This document shows positions 1 through 13,300 of a stretch of 64,000 bases of DNA, piece after piece; positions within the stretch are counted from its first letter, which is position 1, and every line of letters begins with the position of its first letter. The stretch is from Bispira polyomma (Eukaryota): positions 42,532,001-42,596,000 of the forward strand of contig OZ287752.1 in NCBI GenBank assembly GCA_965649765.1, given 5' to 3'. The notes under the pieces were generated by a model. That model saw nothing but the letters and a program-made list of their open reading frames with translations, ran no database searches and was not told the origin of the DNA. The translations under genes were made by a program, and so were the position numbers.

Positions 1-237
1 ACATAGCTGATATTCACAAGCTTTTTTTTCTCTCTAATATTTTTGTTGCAAGGCATTTGACTGATTAGTCACACTGTCCGAATCAATCTAATTGGATGAA
101 GCTAATGAAAGTCATAGAATGTTTGTGAACATGACCATTGAATTAAAAGTCATGTAATTTGTGCTATCCAATATTTGGATGCCCGACCAACACCATTTTA
201 CTTTGACATTCAAGATTGTCAAGTGACAGAATAAGAC

Positions 238-480
238 ACTGCGTGGCTAGAATAGATCACACCCAAGTTTGTGTGAGTACCGTAACTTGTAAGGGTCCTG
301 TCCCCAAGGTACTGCCCAGGTTTGATCCCCTCAGTGTAATGTGGTTTACGTGTACAGGAAGCCAAGAGGCCACTCTATCATTATGGCTCAAGCTTAACAG
401 AAAGGTCCCATACACGCACACACCAACCTGCTTCAAGGTAATAGCCTCAAAGCGATGCATTATATATGTATCGAAACAAG
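238..480 (+). mobile_element. Degenerate tRNA-derived SINE-like fragment
   Basis: A-box-like TGGCTAGAATAG (~244) and B-box-like GGTTTGATCCC (~319) in a GC-richer patch; no TSD seen. Confidence 0.3.
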
Positions 481-1709
481 ATTAGAGAACGGGGTCCAAT
501 TTAGGAAGATACTGGGTCTTTTTCTTAATTTTGGAGTGAGGACATTGCAGAAATGGTATTTTTAATCAAATGCAGTAGCTTTATATCAAGTAAAAATGTA
601 CATTGACTCAACAATTCAAGGCGGCCGAACATGAGACATATTATTATTGGCTACAATGCTGATGTTTTCATAAATCAAGACGTACAATTCCAACAGGTTG
701 ACCAATAGGGATGATGACTTTGTCATTGAGAAAATTATATCTAATAAGATAGAACACGAATGATACAACATTCACTAGATAAGACCATGAGTTTAATAAT
801 GTTTTCTAAGTGTAACAAAACATTTTATAAAGGCAATCATTAGTGTCCTACTGTTAACCTCGGTAGTAGCAGTTGTGTATTGGCCGTCTTCTCCAAACAT
901 CTCAAGTTCAATTTAGACTCATGCTCAACTCCTTGTCCCTTGTAAAGAGAGAGGATAAGTGAAATCTGAAAAAAAATAAAAATTCTATACAAAATCATAT
1001 ACAGAAATTAGACTAAACCTTCACTTGAGTTTGTGTTTTGTTTTGTTTTTGTAAGAAAGCGGGCCCAGTTTCACAAGGCAGACACCTAATCTAGGTCTGT
1101 CGTTCATGTCCTTTCAACTCACACTTACCAAGCTCTAATGATGTCCTCAAGTGACCTTGCTGCACGCTATACAAGATGTCGCTCTCAAGGTCAGGGGACT
1201 TTGGTATAAACCCAATTAAAAGGATAAAAGAAAGATAAAACATTTATAAATTTACTATTCTTATATGTGCACTATATGGTATTCATTGTACGTTTTAAGC
1301 TACATTACTATGTGTGAGTAGTCTTCCCCCCAAAAAACAAACAAATATTGTGAGAAAACACCGGAAATGGTTCACAGAATTGTCAAATGTATTCAGCATG
1401 CTAAACCTAAAATGAAGACATACACCCTATGGACATTAAACCTGTCACCCCATCCAGTTCTGTGGCTTTATTGGACAGTATGAATTGTTCATTCTAACAT
1501 ATTTCAGTGACAATCTTAGTCCTAGTATTCTATCAACAAGTTTGATATACATCCTGGTTATGTTGGAACACCATTATTTAACATAGTATTTGAGCTAAGA
1601 GGGTGTTACTAGAAAGTGGGAGACATCAGATGATTCACTTAACTAGAGCTAGATTAATGGCACAAAAACTTGCAGAACAAACTGTCAGAAAAATACAATA
1701 GAAAAAATA

Positions 1710-1915
1710 CAGATCGGTTAACATAGCATACTTCCAGGTAGTAGTGCATCCAGACAGATAAGGATGACTACTTACAATGGCGGTCCTCAGTCAGTGAGTC
1801 CTATCCCCAATGGCAGGCTAAAAATCCTTGGTGATGTTGATAAATTGTCATCCTCAAGTCTCTTTTTCAGATAGCAGAATGACAGTACATGATGCCGTTG
1901 ACTGTTATTTAGCCC
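1710..1915 (+). mobile_element. SINE family 2, degenerate copy
   Basis: GGATGACTACTTACAATGGCGGT...CAGGCTAAA...ATCCTCA aligns by eye with 31770-31900 (GGATGACCACTTACAATGGAGGT...CAGGCTAAA...ATCCTCA). Confidence 0.55.
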
Positions 1916-3439
1916 TCTGAATATCAGATAGAGGTAAATAGATGCACTGAGTATAAATATGAATACGAATACGAATGAGAAACTGAATCCACCATTACCG
2001 TCGGCAGCATTTTCGAGCAAAAACTTTGTAATATAGGTGAAATTTAAAGATATCAACAAAGTGAATAGTCAGAGTTTTTTCTAAAAGAGTTAGCAGACAT
2101 TTGCACAGACAATGCATTAACATAATACGAGTTGTAAAACAGCTAAAACTGTCAGAAAGGACATGGGATGGCTTTTTTGTTACCACAATAAATAGTTTAG
2201 GCTACATATTTACACTGGTTACAAAAAGAAAACCAATAATTATCCCACAAACAAATACGAGTACATTAAGAAATCATGATGTTGAAACCTATTTTGTAAT
2301 AAGAGGGAGAGGTGACCGGTATAATGCCTAGTGGGTGTATTATAGTGGTGGAGCAGGTAAGTTAAGGCCAACTTATGTTATGACCAGCCCTCAGTGTGGC
2401 TGGAAATACATCTGTAATGATTGCTGGTCAATAGTTTACCAACAATGCTATACAATATTCATGTTAAAATATTCATTCTTGTCAGAGATGCTAATATTAA
2501 TACTTTGACCAATATGATTGTTGGTGGTCTTTAACTGCTGCAGTAGAAATACCAGTCATTTGGAGTATCGTGCTGTCTCTTTAATGAAGCCAAAGATCCG
2601 AGTAGGCAGTGGTTTTGCACACACATTTGTATTTTTTTAATCTCTTGTTCTGCTATACAACCTCAAACTACCTCAGTTACGTCACGAGCAAGATAATAAC
2701 TGTATCTGCGGAGGGCTTGGAAAAAAAAATTTCGGAAAAACATTTATTTGATATTTGCCTATTTTAACATCATTATTATTTGCTATTGAAGGAAAAGTGC
2801 TGATTACAGTAAGAAGCATGTCGTTGTATTACTTTATGACCACACACTAATCTCCTGCTGACATTTTGATTGTGAGATATAATTACAAACCTTTTATGAC
2901 GCAAAAGTAAAATTTTTATTTATATAGCCTTTTTAAAAATTCCAAATTAAAATTAATTTTGGATCTGGTAACCCAAATCTTTTAGATCATATCAGTGTTT
3001 GTCGTTTAGAATGAAATTGTAAATATAACTTTCTCAACTGTACACGACAAAATTGTCCCATGACTGACATCAACAAATTGGTAAGTCACAATGCAATGTT
3101 TTGACGTATGTGGTCTGCCTTATTTGTTGAAGTAATCTGAGACATAGCCATCTGCCTGAGTAGGTGTTTTCCTGACGTCACAGTACAAAGGTATTTTTCC
3201 TTATGTAAAACTCGACAAAATCAAAACATTGACTTCTACAAGCTGACGGTATGTATCTGGTTTTACACACAGTTTCATAGGGTGTACAATAACATTTATT
3301 ATAAGTTATAAAGTTTTAGGAGATACACCAGTCCGCTACGTTATAATCAAATATACTATAATAGACATTAAGCAGGACCAAAATTGTCCATGCCAATAAT
3401 AAAAATAATTAAAACATTTATAAAGCGCCAAGTTGATGA

Positions 3440-4300
3440 GAACATTCTCTAAGGTGCTGATATCCAAAACGGCAGGCCCAGAGTTGTTTTGATCGAAGAT
3501 AACACCAAAGTTCTTTACTTTACTTGGTAATGACATATTGTTGTTAAGGAGATTGGTCTGGAAGAAATTGTCTCGAGTAGCATTGTCACTCGTAGTCATG
3601 ATTTCAGTTTTGTCTGGGTTGAGTTTAAGCTTGACACTTTCCATCCATATTTGCACAGCTTCAAGGCATTTTACCAACTCTGACATGCTTGAGTAAAGGT
3701 TTTTTTGTATCTAGTGCGAAGTATATGTGTGTGTCATCAGCATACAGGTGATGAGTAATATTAAAATGAGAGATTGTTTTTCTGAGGTGAGTGGTGTACA
3801 TGGTGAAGAAAAGAGGTCCAATACAGAACTTTGTGGGACACCATGTGGTAGTGAGCTTTTAGGAATTTATCACGAATTTCGATTTTTTTACTTTCTATGA
3901 TGTAAATCAGACTGGATCTAACTAAGGACAGTGCCATCAATGCAAACCAATCAGTTACACAATTAAAGAGGAAAGTATGGTCGATGGTATCAAAGGCAGC
4001 AGGCAGGTGCAACAGTGTGAGTGCTATTGAGGCTGCGTTTTTTGAGAAGTGGAGCAACATATGCGGTTTTAAAACAAAATGGGAAAATGCCTTCCCTGAG
4101 TAAGACATTTACAATACTGGTAATGGGTGTGATAAGGATGTCAATACATTCCTTTACCAAAAATGTTGGGATTGGATCCAGATCGCAGGACTTATTTGGG
4201 AAGGATTGAATAAGCTTAAGGACTTCTTCCTTGGACATAGTAGACTTGGACATGTAGTGGGTGGGTGCTGTGAGGTCTCGGATGATGATGACAAGCTAGA
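3440..4300 (-). mobile_element. Decayed L2/CR1-group LINE reverse transcriptase fragment
   Basis: Minus-strand peptides KSCDLDPIPTFLVKEC...GIFP..FKTAYVAPLLKK, AAFDTIDH, HLYADDT (~3730-3750) and WMESVKLKLNPDKTE; split by frameshifts and deletions. Confidence 0.92.
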
Positions 4301-4469
4301 CCTGAGTTTGGTCTCCAAGAAAAATTTTCAAAAAGTATGCCATAACCCTGCCACTGATTTGCAGACAGGTAGTATAACCTTAGGGGATTTGTGCAGTATT
4401 TTCTCTGTAAAGTTCCACAAGGCCTTTGGGTTATCGCGGTATAGGAATAACCAATGACAAAGCTTGGTA

Positions 4470-4535
4470 TACAGTAATTTTTACCACGTTTAGAGGCGTA
4501 GTAACACGCAGGCAAAGAGTAGTAAAATTACGGTA
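4470..4535. mobile_element. 66-bp mini-MITE, TA-bounded (Tc1/mariner-pogo type ends)
   Basis: TACAGTAATTTTTACCAC ... GTAGTAAAATTACGGTA are imperfect terminal inverted repeats. Confidence 0.6.
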
Positions 4536-6284
4536 TATCGAGCTTGGATTATTCCTATTCTAATATGACAAATTAAAATTATTACCTGATTCCAGCCTTT
4601 TCTTACTGCATAATTGCGTGATTGAAGAAACAATATTCAATGGGCATCCACTATGTTACGGAGAAAATTTGTCTATTTCCGTCTCTAGGTATACGGTTAT
4701 TTTTACCGAGGCTGTCAGCCAATCAGAATCACGGACACAGACGTGTCATGTTAGAATTTGGGCCGAAGGTGTTAATTGAGTTATCTTCTGTAACTAGGTC
4801 CGCTGGGGACCTGCTAGAACATAGCCCATCAGATATGTGGCCAATTCAGGTCTGTGTGAAAGAAATAGGACTGGAGCTTTTCTTATGGCTCAGTGTTTAT
4901 GTGTTGTAAAAAGGTAGGGTGGCTTGTGACAAAAAATAATGAAACGGTCATTAGGAATCATGTCTTTATTACATTGTTGTAGCAGCTGAAGTGTGGGCTT
5001 TGTCCTTGGGAAACTGAAAAAGAGTGAGGGGGAAGGGGGGTATTGTCTCTATAGAGCAAATTATACCTACATATATACCATATTATCTGTATGATTTCCT
5101 TTCTCACATTGGAATATGGAACCTTTAGTTTCACTTTTAGCTTCTTATTTAATTTTATCACATAGATAAGGGTGCTTTAGTACTAACTGGAAGTATACAG
5201 GATGTGTGTCCCTGTTAGAAGGCTGCTCTTGTATCCTGTAGTTTACTCTGTTACTCTGTTAATAAGCTCCAGTTTCTTATTGTGGGGATGAATTGGCAGA
5301 ATGGAAAAGGAAATGAAAATACTGTGAAAATAATAAAAACACCATTGTTGAAGATTCTATAAAAGATACCTGAGGTAGCGGTCTCATATGTGGGTGGTTT
5401 TAAACATGGGCTGTAAACATTTATTTCCAGTCAACTAGTGGACTTGGTAAACAGCTTCCTTTGTAAAAGCTTCTGTTCTCATTAGCTTAACTGTGTTATG
5501 TCTGTGCCCAGTTACAGCTGACTATCTCTGGATAATACTGCCAGAGTTTGAATACATACACTTTATTTAAGTTTATAAAATCCATTGAAATTTTTTAATT
5601 CGTTTGAATTTTACGCAACTTACAACATCTATGGTCATATGGAGATGGCCAGAGTCATAGGTGGAGGAAACTAGTACTATTTGTACTGGAAACCAACAAC
5701 CTATATAGCTATGACAAGTACCCGACAAAGTGTCCCACATAAAGCAAGCAGTGGTATTTGATCTCACTCTCTCAGAATTAAAAAAACCTAGTAATATTGA
5801 GTTGACCATAGAGTGCATAATTAATTTAATTTATCTTTGTTATCTACCTTCCCACGGTTTATTCAGATGCTATTAACCTAGGTGACTTAATCACCCCACG
5901 TCAAAATTGTTACATAAAATCCCTATAACAAATAATCATAACTATGAACTATGTGATTGGGGATCGAAACATAACAACCCCTTATGACGCATCTGAGCAA
6001 TTATTTCATTAAATGTACAATGTTTTTGCGTGTAGTTATACCACTCTATGTTCCTTTAAGTTATGAATACTGATCTAAAAATAGGGGCACACCACTTCCT
6101 GACATCACGTGACACCTCAAAACTGGCCCAATACTTATGTTTCCTTTTTGTTGTATCAGAATTCTCTTCTTTTTTTCTTTTCGGGTGAAGGCTTTTGTAG
6201 ATTCAGATACTAATCAATCACGTGACAGTGTCACTGGATGTATTCAGAGTTGTATACAAGTGTTAAAAACATAACAATATGCTT

Positions 6285-6665
6285 GAATCTCGACAATTGT
6301 TTTGCCTGCAAGCCAACTGGCCTATTGCAATTCTATATGTTATGGTGTTGGGCATGAACAAAATGGTATTAACACCTACATGCAACTCATCTGTTTCAAA
6401 AGTTCCACTGGTTGCCAATCAAGTTCCACTTTAAATTGAGAAGTAAATGTTATCACTTTTAAGGCTATTCATGCTCAAGAGACAGCTTACTTGTCATCCA
6501 TAATATATCTGTCTCTCCATCTTTTACCAAAATAGTTTCCATGTCAGTATCCCTGACTGAAACAATTTTTTACAGGCTTTGGTAAAAAACTCAAAGCCTG
6601 TCTGTATCAATTCGCGTTTCCCCATAACAAATGTCTGCCAGTCACAAACATTTTCACTCTATTTT
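6285..6665 (+). mobile_element. LINE (L2/CR1 group) 3' ORF2 relic, duplication I copy 1
   Basis: Paralog of 12745-13300; contains the HWLPIKFHFK motif. Confidence 0.8.
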
Positions 6666-8339
6666 CAGCATGTGTAAATGTAATCTGACTATTTAGTGTG
6701 AACATTTTACTAAAATCGTGACATAGCAGGTGATAGTAGTGCAGATGGGTTCTATTCCAGGTACAGGTACAGGGGATTAGAGGTACATAAGAGGGGGCAT
6801 TATGTAGTGATTTGGTCATGCGCACCAGCCTGTTGCATATAATCCATGCATAGTGCTAAAGTAAAGTTAGGCAGCATTGTATGCATGGTGAAAGCTCTAT
6901 TCAACCTTGTCCAATCATATCACTTCTTTTTCTCCAAATCAGATTTCGCTGGACCTAGTTTGTCAGAACCTTTAAGGCTACAGAACCTTGGGTATGTTTA
7001 GTACAAACCCGATAAACTGCACTGAAAGCTCCAATCAAATAATTTGTCCAAGCTGCAAAGATCCAATCACATAATATGCTTTTCTTCAAATCTTGTTTTG
7101 CTGGACCTAGTTTGCTAGAACATTTAAGGCTAATTAACCGTGGGTATATTCAGTAAAACCCGGAGATAGACTCAAACATTATACTTTAAACTCTGTGTTT
7201 AACAATATTCTAACAAACAAATACATATATTTCATAAGATAAGTAGAGACTTCAACAAGCAAAAAAATCCTGGTGAATACATGGCGATCCTTAAGTTATG
7301 AGTGATGATTTGTCCTTTACAAGACAAATGTTCTCAGCTCAGATTTGGCACCTTTTGTTGTTAAAGGTGATGTTTTAATACAAAATTATACCCACATATG
7401 ATGTACAATAAAAAGAAAGCTAATATTTTTACTTGAGCACATTTATAAAAAGTAGAAACCTACTGCAATAACAGAATGGGGACGTTGATTGGACCATTCT
7501 CCCATTTAAGGTAACTTCCTTGGTTATTTCTTTGTGAGGTTTTAGACTTGAACCTGGCTATTGTTTGTTTACCAAGATTAGTATTATAAACATACATAAC
7601 TATGACCTTCTGATACAATTAATTGTACATGTAGATTTGACTACCAATCACTATTTTCCCATTTTATGATGCCACCAATGGGCAGTAATGTGTTATGTGA
7701 GCTCAATTTAAGTTGATGTTGAGATGAGAGTAAATGTAGCATTTCCGGTATGGCTGAGCACTTCACAACTTAATGACAGCCATGTAATATGTGCAGTGCC
7801 ACCACTCAGCGGCATTCAAGGGTAGATAAACAAGCTCTTAATACACCAATTTCCATCAATCTGGCCTTTGAAATAAGAATGACAACATCTTTTGCAGTCA
7901 GCTCAGTACAACTCGTAATGTGCCTAATCCAATATAGCCCTGAGAAAATTACCAGTGGCAAAAAATATCAGACTCTTAGATAGCTTTCTGCCCTGCACGT
8001 TTTTTTATGAATATTTGGAGCAGGAGAGGCCTGGTACTTATATTCAATAGACAGCAGAAAATGGGTAAGAAGTGGTTTGTAAAAGAACTATTGTCCCTCC
8101 ACACGGATAAAAGGTGTCACATCTGTTTTTATTCAGGTTTATGAACCCCCAAAAACGTCATGTGATTGTTATGTAACAATACTGATCATGGAATAGTATT
8201 TTATACAGACACAAAAACAGTGTGCTACATTTTAAATTTGTACCTAAAAGGGCAGTTTTTTGGTAGGGGAAAGCAGTAGATTTTTTTCCTTGCAAACCAC
8301 CAACCATTAGCAAATATACTGTTATCTTTTTTCATATGC

Positions 8340-8545
8340 ACGCTAGGGGGCATGCTTTAAAATAACTGGCATCTCACCTCTTGAATCCCAAAGATTTCTT
8401 ATTCATGTGAGAATGTTTGTCAGGTACTTGCCATAGGTCGGTGGTTTACAGTGCCTGAGCAGTGCTTGAGCAGTGCTTTCCCTCACCACCTATCCATGCT
8501 GTTGCAATATGACCAAAGCTGTTAAAAGCTATAAACTCCAAATAA
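8340..8545 (+). mobile_element. Degenerate V-SINE-like SINE (paralog at 14860-15065; relatives near 37640-37790, 48570-48715, 52790-52885)
   Basis: TTTGTCAGGTACTTGCCATAGGTCGGTGGTTT core and GCTGTTAAAAG..TAAA 3' end, shared with the other listed copies. Confidence 0.6.
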
Positions 8546-8829
8546 ATTCTAAAAACCTATAGGCATGCTGGGGGCTTTAGCTTGAAGACATAGTAGATGT
8601 GTGTTACCACAAAACCAAGATTCCTTAGTTTGTTTGTCACAAGAATTACAGAAAAACTAATGAATAAATTTGCAACAAATTTGGTAGAGGGTTGGGCATG
8701 CACTAATTTGGAGTGGATCCAGATCAAATTGCCAGACCAGGAATTTTTAAAACAAAATTGCCAATGTTCTAACTAAATTCCATGTGCATGCTGGGGGTTT
8801 ATCTTGAACCCTGAGTCGAGATAGTAGAC

Positions 8830-8992
8830 GTGTGTTACCTCTGAGCATAGATTCTTTAGTTTGTTTGTCACAAGGATTGCAGAAAAAAACAATGAATCAT
8901 TTTTTATCAAATTTGGTGGAGGTTGCCGACCCAGGAATTTGCCACTGTGGTGCTTTGGAAGAAGTATTCACTCACCTAAGTGCCCTTCTAGT
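8830..8992 (+). mobile_element. Helentron/HINE-like non-autonomous element (paralog 15130-15295)
   Basis: (GTTT)n near the 5' end, AAATTTGGT internal motif, and 3' end TTGG.AGA.GTAT.CACTC..C.A.GTGCCCTTCTAGT shared with 15255-15294, 50405-50445 and 61678-61710. Confidence 0.6.
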
Positions 8993-10173
8993 TATACAGG
9001 AAAATAACTCCAGCATGTGACTCTGTCTATGGGACATGAGTCTTCAATTAACCACCTCCATTGACATTACTTAATTACTTAAGCTAACCGGTGTCTCCTG
9101 TGGTACCAATACATTCACCCGGATGCTTTAATTTTGTCAGCATATTTTTTCGTCTGAGGCAGTGTGTGAAGAATTTTCAGTTACAAATTAAATCTATTTG
9201 TAACAAGAACTGACTGAAGAAAGACAGGCTGATATTGATTTTTTTGTGAGACTTAGTTCTTTAATAGTCTGAGAGGTAAGCTTTGTAAGGCCACATACTG
9301 CTAACACTTTTAAACACTCTTCTAGAATTACTACAATTTGTTTTCAATGTCACTGTGAGGGTTACATCTATCGACTCTAATATGATGAACTGAAATGTAT
9401 TTCACACAAAATAAGACCCTTAAAGCAGTCATCATCTCCAAAGGCAAGACCCAGATTTTATGTAGTAATCACCTTCATTCATTAGTAGCATTTTCCACCT
9501 GGCCCAGTTTTTCAGGGGTCCCTAGAGGTAGATAGATGTTGTAAGTGCCAGTATAAGGTGTTTGAACAGTACATCAGTGAGATGGGGTAAAACAACAACA
9601 GTACAAGGATTAAACAGAAAACTACCGCTATTTACATAAGGCCTAGGTACATTGTACAATGTTATCAATGGTGAATAGAATCCAGATAGGAAATGGTCAC
9701 TACAAGATATAAATGCATTAAAAACACAGCAGAACCATGCACAATTAGTGAAGTGACACCCACCGTTCTTACCATGACTGTTGTGGAACATACCAGGTTT
9801 TTAAATCAGATGGCCAGTGACCTGCCCTGTCAAGTTGTGCAGCCAGTTCAATTAAACATAAACAGCAACTTTAAGCTTCATTCTGAGGGTGTGACAAAAA
9901 TCAATCGACTCCAGCCACTAGCCAAGATGAATTAGTTGCTTTAACCAAACTCAGCTCCCGCATAGAGGTTATTACTTGTCCCAACAAAAACAAGAATAAG
10001 GCAGTTAATAAGGAATGAATCGTTGGTATATACAAGAAAAAAGATATACTGCAAGATAACCCATCCTCATCATATTGAATGGTTTGACATTTTATTGACT
10101 GTATTAGGTTTTAGCACTCAGTCAGCATGGTCAAGTTAACATTTTATACACACTGATGCAAAATGTAGTCAAA

Positions 10174-10708
10174 ACTGAGTCTAGTCTCCTTGAATTTACT
10201 CTATACACCTCATCACTGAATCAAGTTATGTAATCTCCTTTATTTACTTTATATACCTCACCGCTGAGTCAAGTTATGTAATCTCCTTTTGTTTACTCTA
10301 TATACCTCACCACTGAGTCAAGTTACGTAATCTCATACTATTTACTCTATATACTTCACCACTGAGTCAAGTTATGTAATCATATATGATTTACTGTATA
10401 TACCTCACCACTGAGTCAAGTTATGTAATCACCTATGATTTACTCTATATACTTCACCACTGAGTCAAGTTATGTAATCACCTATGATTTACTCTATATA
10501 CTTCATCACTGAGTCAAGTTATATAATCACCTATGATTTACTGTATATACCTCACTAACGAGGCAAGTTATGTAATCATCTTTATTTACTTTATATATTT
10601 CACCACTGAGTCTAGTTATGTAATCTCATTCTATTTACTCAATATACTTTATCACTAAGTCAACTTATGTAATCTCCTATGATTTTCTCTATATATCTCA
10701 CAACTGAG
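10174..10708. repeat. 49-bp minisatellite, ~11 copies
   Basis: Unit ACTGAGTCAAGTTATGTAATCACCTATGATTTACTCTATATACTTCACC; starts at 10361 and 10410 are 49 bp apart. Confidence 0.95.
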
Positions 10709-12744
10709 GTTACTATCAAGAATGCAACATCCAGTTGTTGACAGCATTGATATTTAGCTTTATCAGGATTATTGGTAAAATATAAAAATAAATCTGTGCC
10801 TGAAGTATATGTATTAGGGATGTAACATCATAGATGTGTGTGGGAAAAATGTGAGAGTGTTGAATTCCCTTAAAGACTTGACTGGAGTATTAGTGTTTGT
10901 GGGAAGTGCTAAATCCGCCCACCAGCACACCCCCTCCCCAATTACCACCCACCTCTCATATCTTGGGAGTTTTGGGAGCTGGAAAATTAGGGCCGAAGGT
11001 GTCAATTGAGTTATCTGTAACTAGGTCAGCTGGAGACATGCTGGAACATAGTCTATCAGGTATGTGGCAAATTCAGGTCTGTGTGAAGGAAATAGGACTG
11101 GAGCTTTTCTTACGGCTCAGTGTTTATGTGTTATTAAAAGGTAGGGTGGCTTCTGACAAAAAATAATGAAACGATCACCAGGAATCATGTCTTTATTACA
11201 TTGTTGTAGCAGCTGAAGTGTGGTCCTTGTCCTTGGGAAAGAGAGAGAAAGAGAGGGGAAGTGTATTGTAAGGTTTTCCAGCAAACCTGATCTGTATAGA
11301 GCCAATTATACCTACATCAGTACCATATCATCTGTATGATTTTATGTCTCACATTGGATTAGAGACATTTAGTTTGACTTTCAGCTTCTTATTTAATTTT
11401 ATCACATAGATAAGGGTGCTTTAGTAATAACTGGAAGTGTACAGGACGTGTGTCCTTGTCAGAAAGCTGCACTTGTAGCCTGTAGTTTACTCTGTTACTC
11501 TGTTGATAAGCTCCAATTTCTCATTGTGGGGATGAATTGACAGAATGGAAAAAGAAATGAAAATACTTTGAAAGTAACAAAAACGTCATTGTTGAAGATT
11601 CTATATAAAGATACATGAGGTAGCTGTCTCACAGGTGGGTTTTAAAACATAGGCTGTAAACATCTATTTCCAGTCAACTAGTGGACTTGATAAACACGTC
11701 AATGGCTTAACAGCTTCCTTTGTAAAACCTTCTGTTCTCATTAGCCTTACTGTGTTATGTCTGTGCCCAGTTACAGCTGACTATCTCTGGATAATACTGC
11801 TAGGGTTTAAATACATACACTGAAAGTTTATAAAATCTATTGAAATTTTATTAAATTTGTTTGAATTTTACACCACTTACAACATCTTTGGACATATTGG
11901 GATGGCCAAAGTCATTGGTGGTGTAAACTAATATATTTTGTACTAGAAACAACCAACCAATATAGCTTTGACAAGTACCTGACAAGATTTCCTACATTAA
12001 GCAAGCAGTGGTATTTGATCTCACTCTACTCAGAATTAAAAGAGGCTAGTGATATTGAGTTGACCATAGAATGGATACTCTTCTGTTAAATATAGTTTAT
12101 CTTTGTTATCTACCTTCCTACTGTTTATTAAGATGTTAGTAATTATGCCCAAGTCAAGGTTTTTGCATGAAACCTTATAACAAATAATCACAACTATAAA
12201 CTAATTGATTGAAGATTAAAACATAACAATTAATTCATGAAATGTACAATGTTTTTGTTTTGCATGTAATTATGCACTCTATGTTCTTTTAAGTTGTGAG
12301 CACTGATCTAAAAATAGAGGCACACCACTTCCTGACATCACGTGATACCTCCAAACTGGCCTAGTATTTATATTTCCTTTTTGTTGTATCAGAATTGTTT
12401 TTTTCTGTTTTTTCTTTTCAAGGGATGGCTTTTGTAGATACAGATACTACTGAGTCATGTGACAATCTTACTGGATGTATTCAGAGTTATTCACAAGTGT
12501 TAAAAACATCAAGTTATGCTGATGCTGGCGATATGCTGACGATCATCTTGTGTACTAAAATGTCAGAACAAAAATCCCTAACCTGTGAAAAAGTGCTAAA
12601 TTTCTGTTTTAATTTGAAACAATTTATAACTATCCAACTTTCCATTCTATTATGGTTGTGCACATACTTGGTGATAATATTAGTTACATTAAAGTAAATA
12701 TCGCTCCTTTTGGAATAAGGTATAAATGTGAAAATGTAGAGGGT

Positions 12745-13300
12745 TCGAATCTCGGCAAATGTTTTGGTTGCAAGCCGACTGGACCATTGCAATTCTCTAT
12801 GTTATGGTGTCGGACATGGACAATGCAGGAAACAATCTTTGAAGAATGGTATAAACACCCACATGCAACTCATCTGTTTCAAAAGCTCCACTGGTTGCCA
12901 ATCAAGTTCCACTTTAAATTGCGAAGTAAATGTTATCACTTTTCAGGCTATTCATGCTCAAAAGACAGCTTACTTGTCATCCATAATATATCTCAGCAAT
13001 CTCATCAGAAAAAAATTGTCTCTCCATCTTTTACCAAAATACAGGATCCAGATTATGTAAGGCCACAGCACCTTCTGGACAAAATAGTTTCCCTGTCAGT
13101 GTCTCTTTCTGAAATAATTTTTACAGGCTTTGGCAAAAAAAACTCAAATCCTGTATATATCAATTTCGTTTTCCGCCATAACAAATGTTTGCCAGTCACG
13201 AACCGTTTCACTCTATTGAACTACTCTTTGTTGGATCTTATTTGGATGTGCACCACACAGGATGCCTGGGCATTGATTGTAGCACTATAGAAGTTTAAAC
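12745..13300 (+). mobile_element. LINE (L2/CR1 group) 3' ORF2 relic, duplication I copy 2
   Basis: SRLDHCNSLCYGV and KLHWLPIKFHFK match the SRLDYCNS / LHWLP C-terminal motifs of L2-type ORF2. This explains the 212-aa ORF. Confidence 0.88.

Larger units (their letters stand above)
4760..10790 (+). repeat. Segmental duplication I, copy 1
   Basis: Collinear with 10990-16640 from GGCCGAAGGTGT(T/C)AATTGAG through GCAACATCCAGTTGTT. Confidence 0.95.

Noticed and set aside
840-1200. Minus-strand terminal exons (donor near 1128, acceptor near 965)
   Set aside because: Splice-like signals exist, but the peptides are unrecognisable and the segment overlaps a probable transposon end (GGGCCCAGTTTCACAA).
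7789-7983. Conserved small ORF shared with 14298-14504 (and similar shared ORFs in duplication II)
   Set aside because: Similarity is explained by the DNA duplication; substitutions are largely non-synonymous and there are no splice or homology cues.
12652-13290. 212-aa ORF as a host gene
   Set aside because: Chimeric reading of a frameshifted LINE 3' relic; the paralog in copy 1 is not open.
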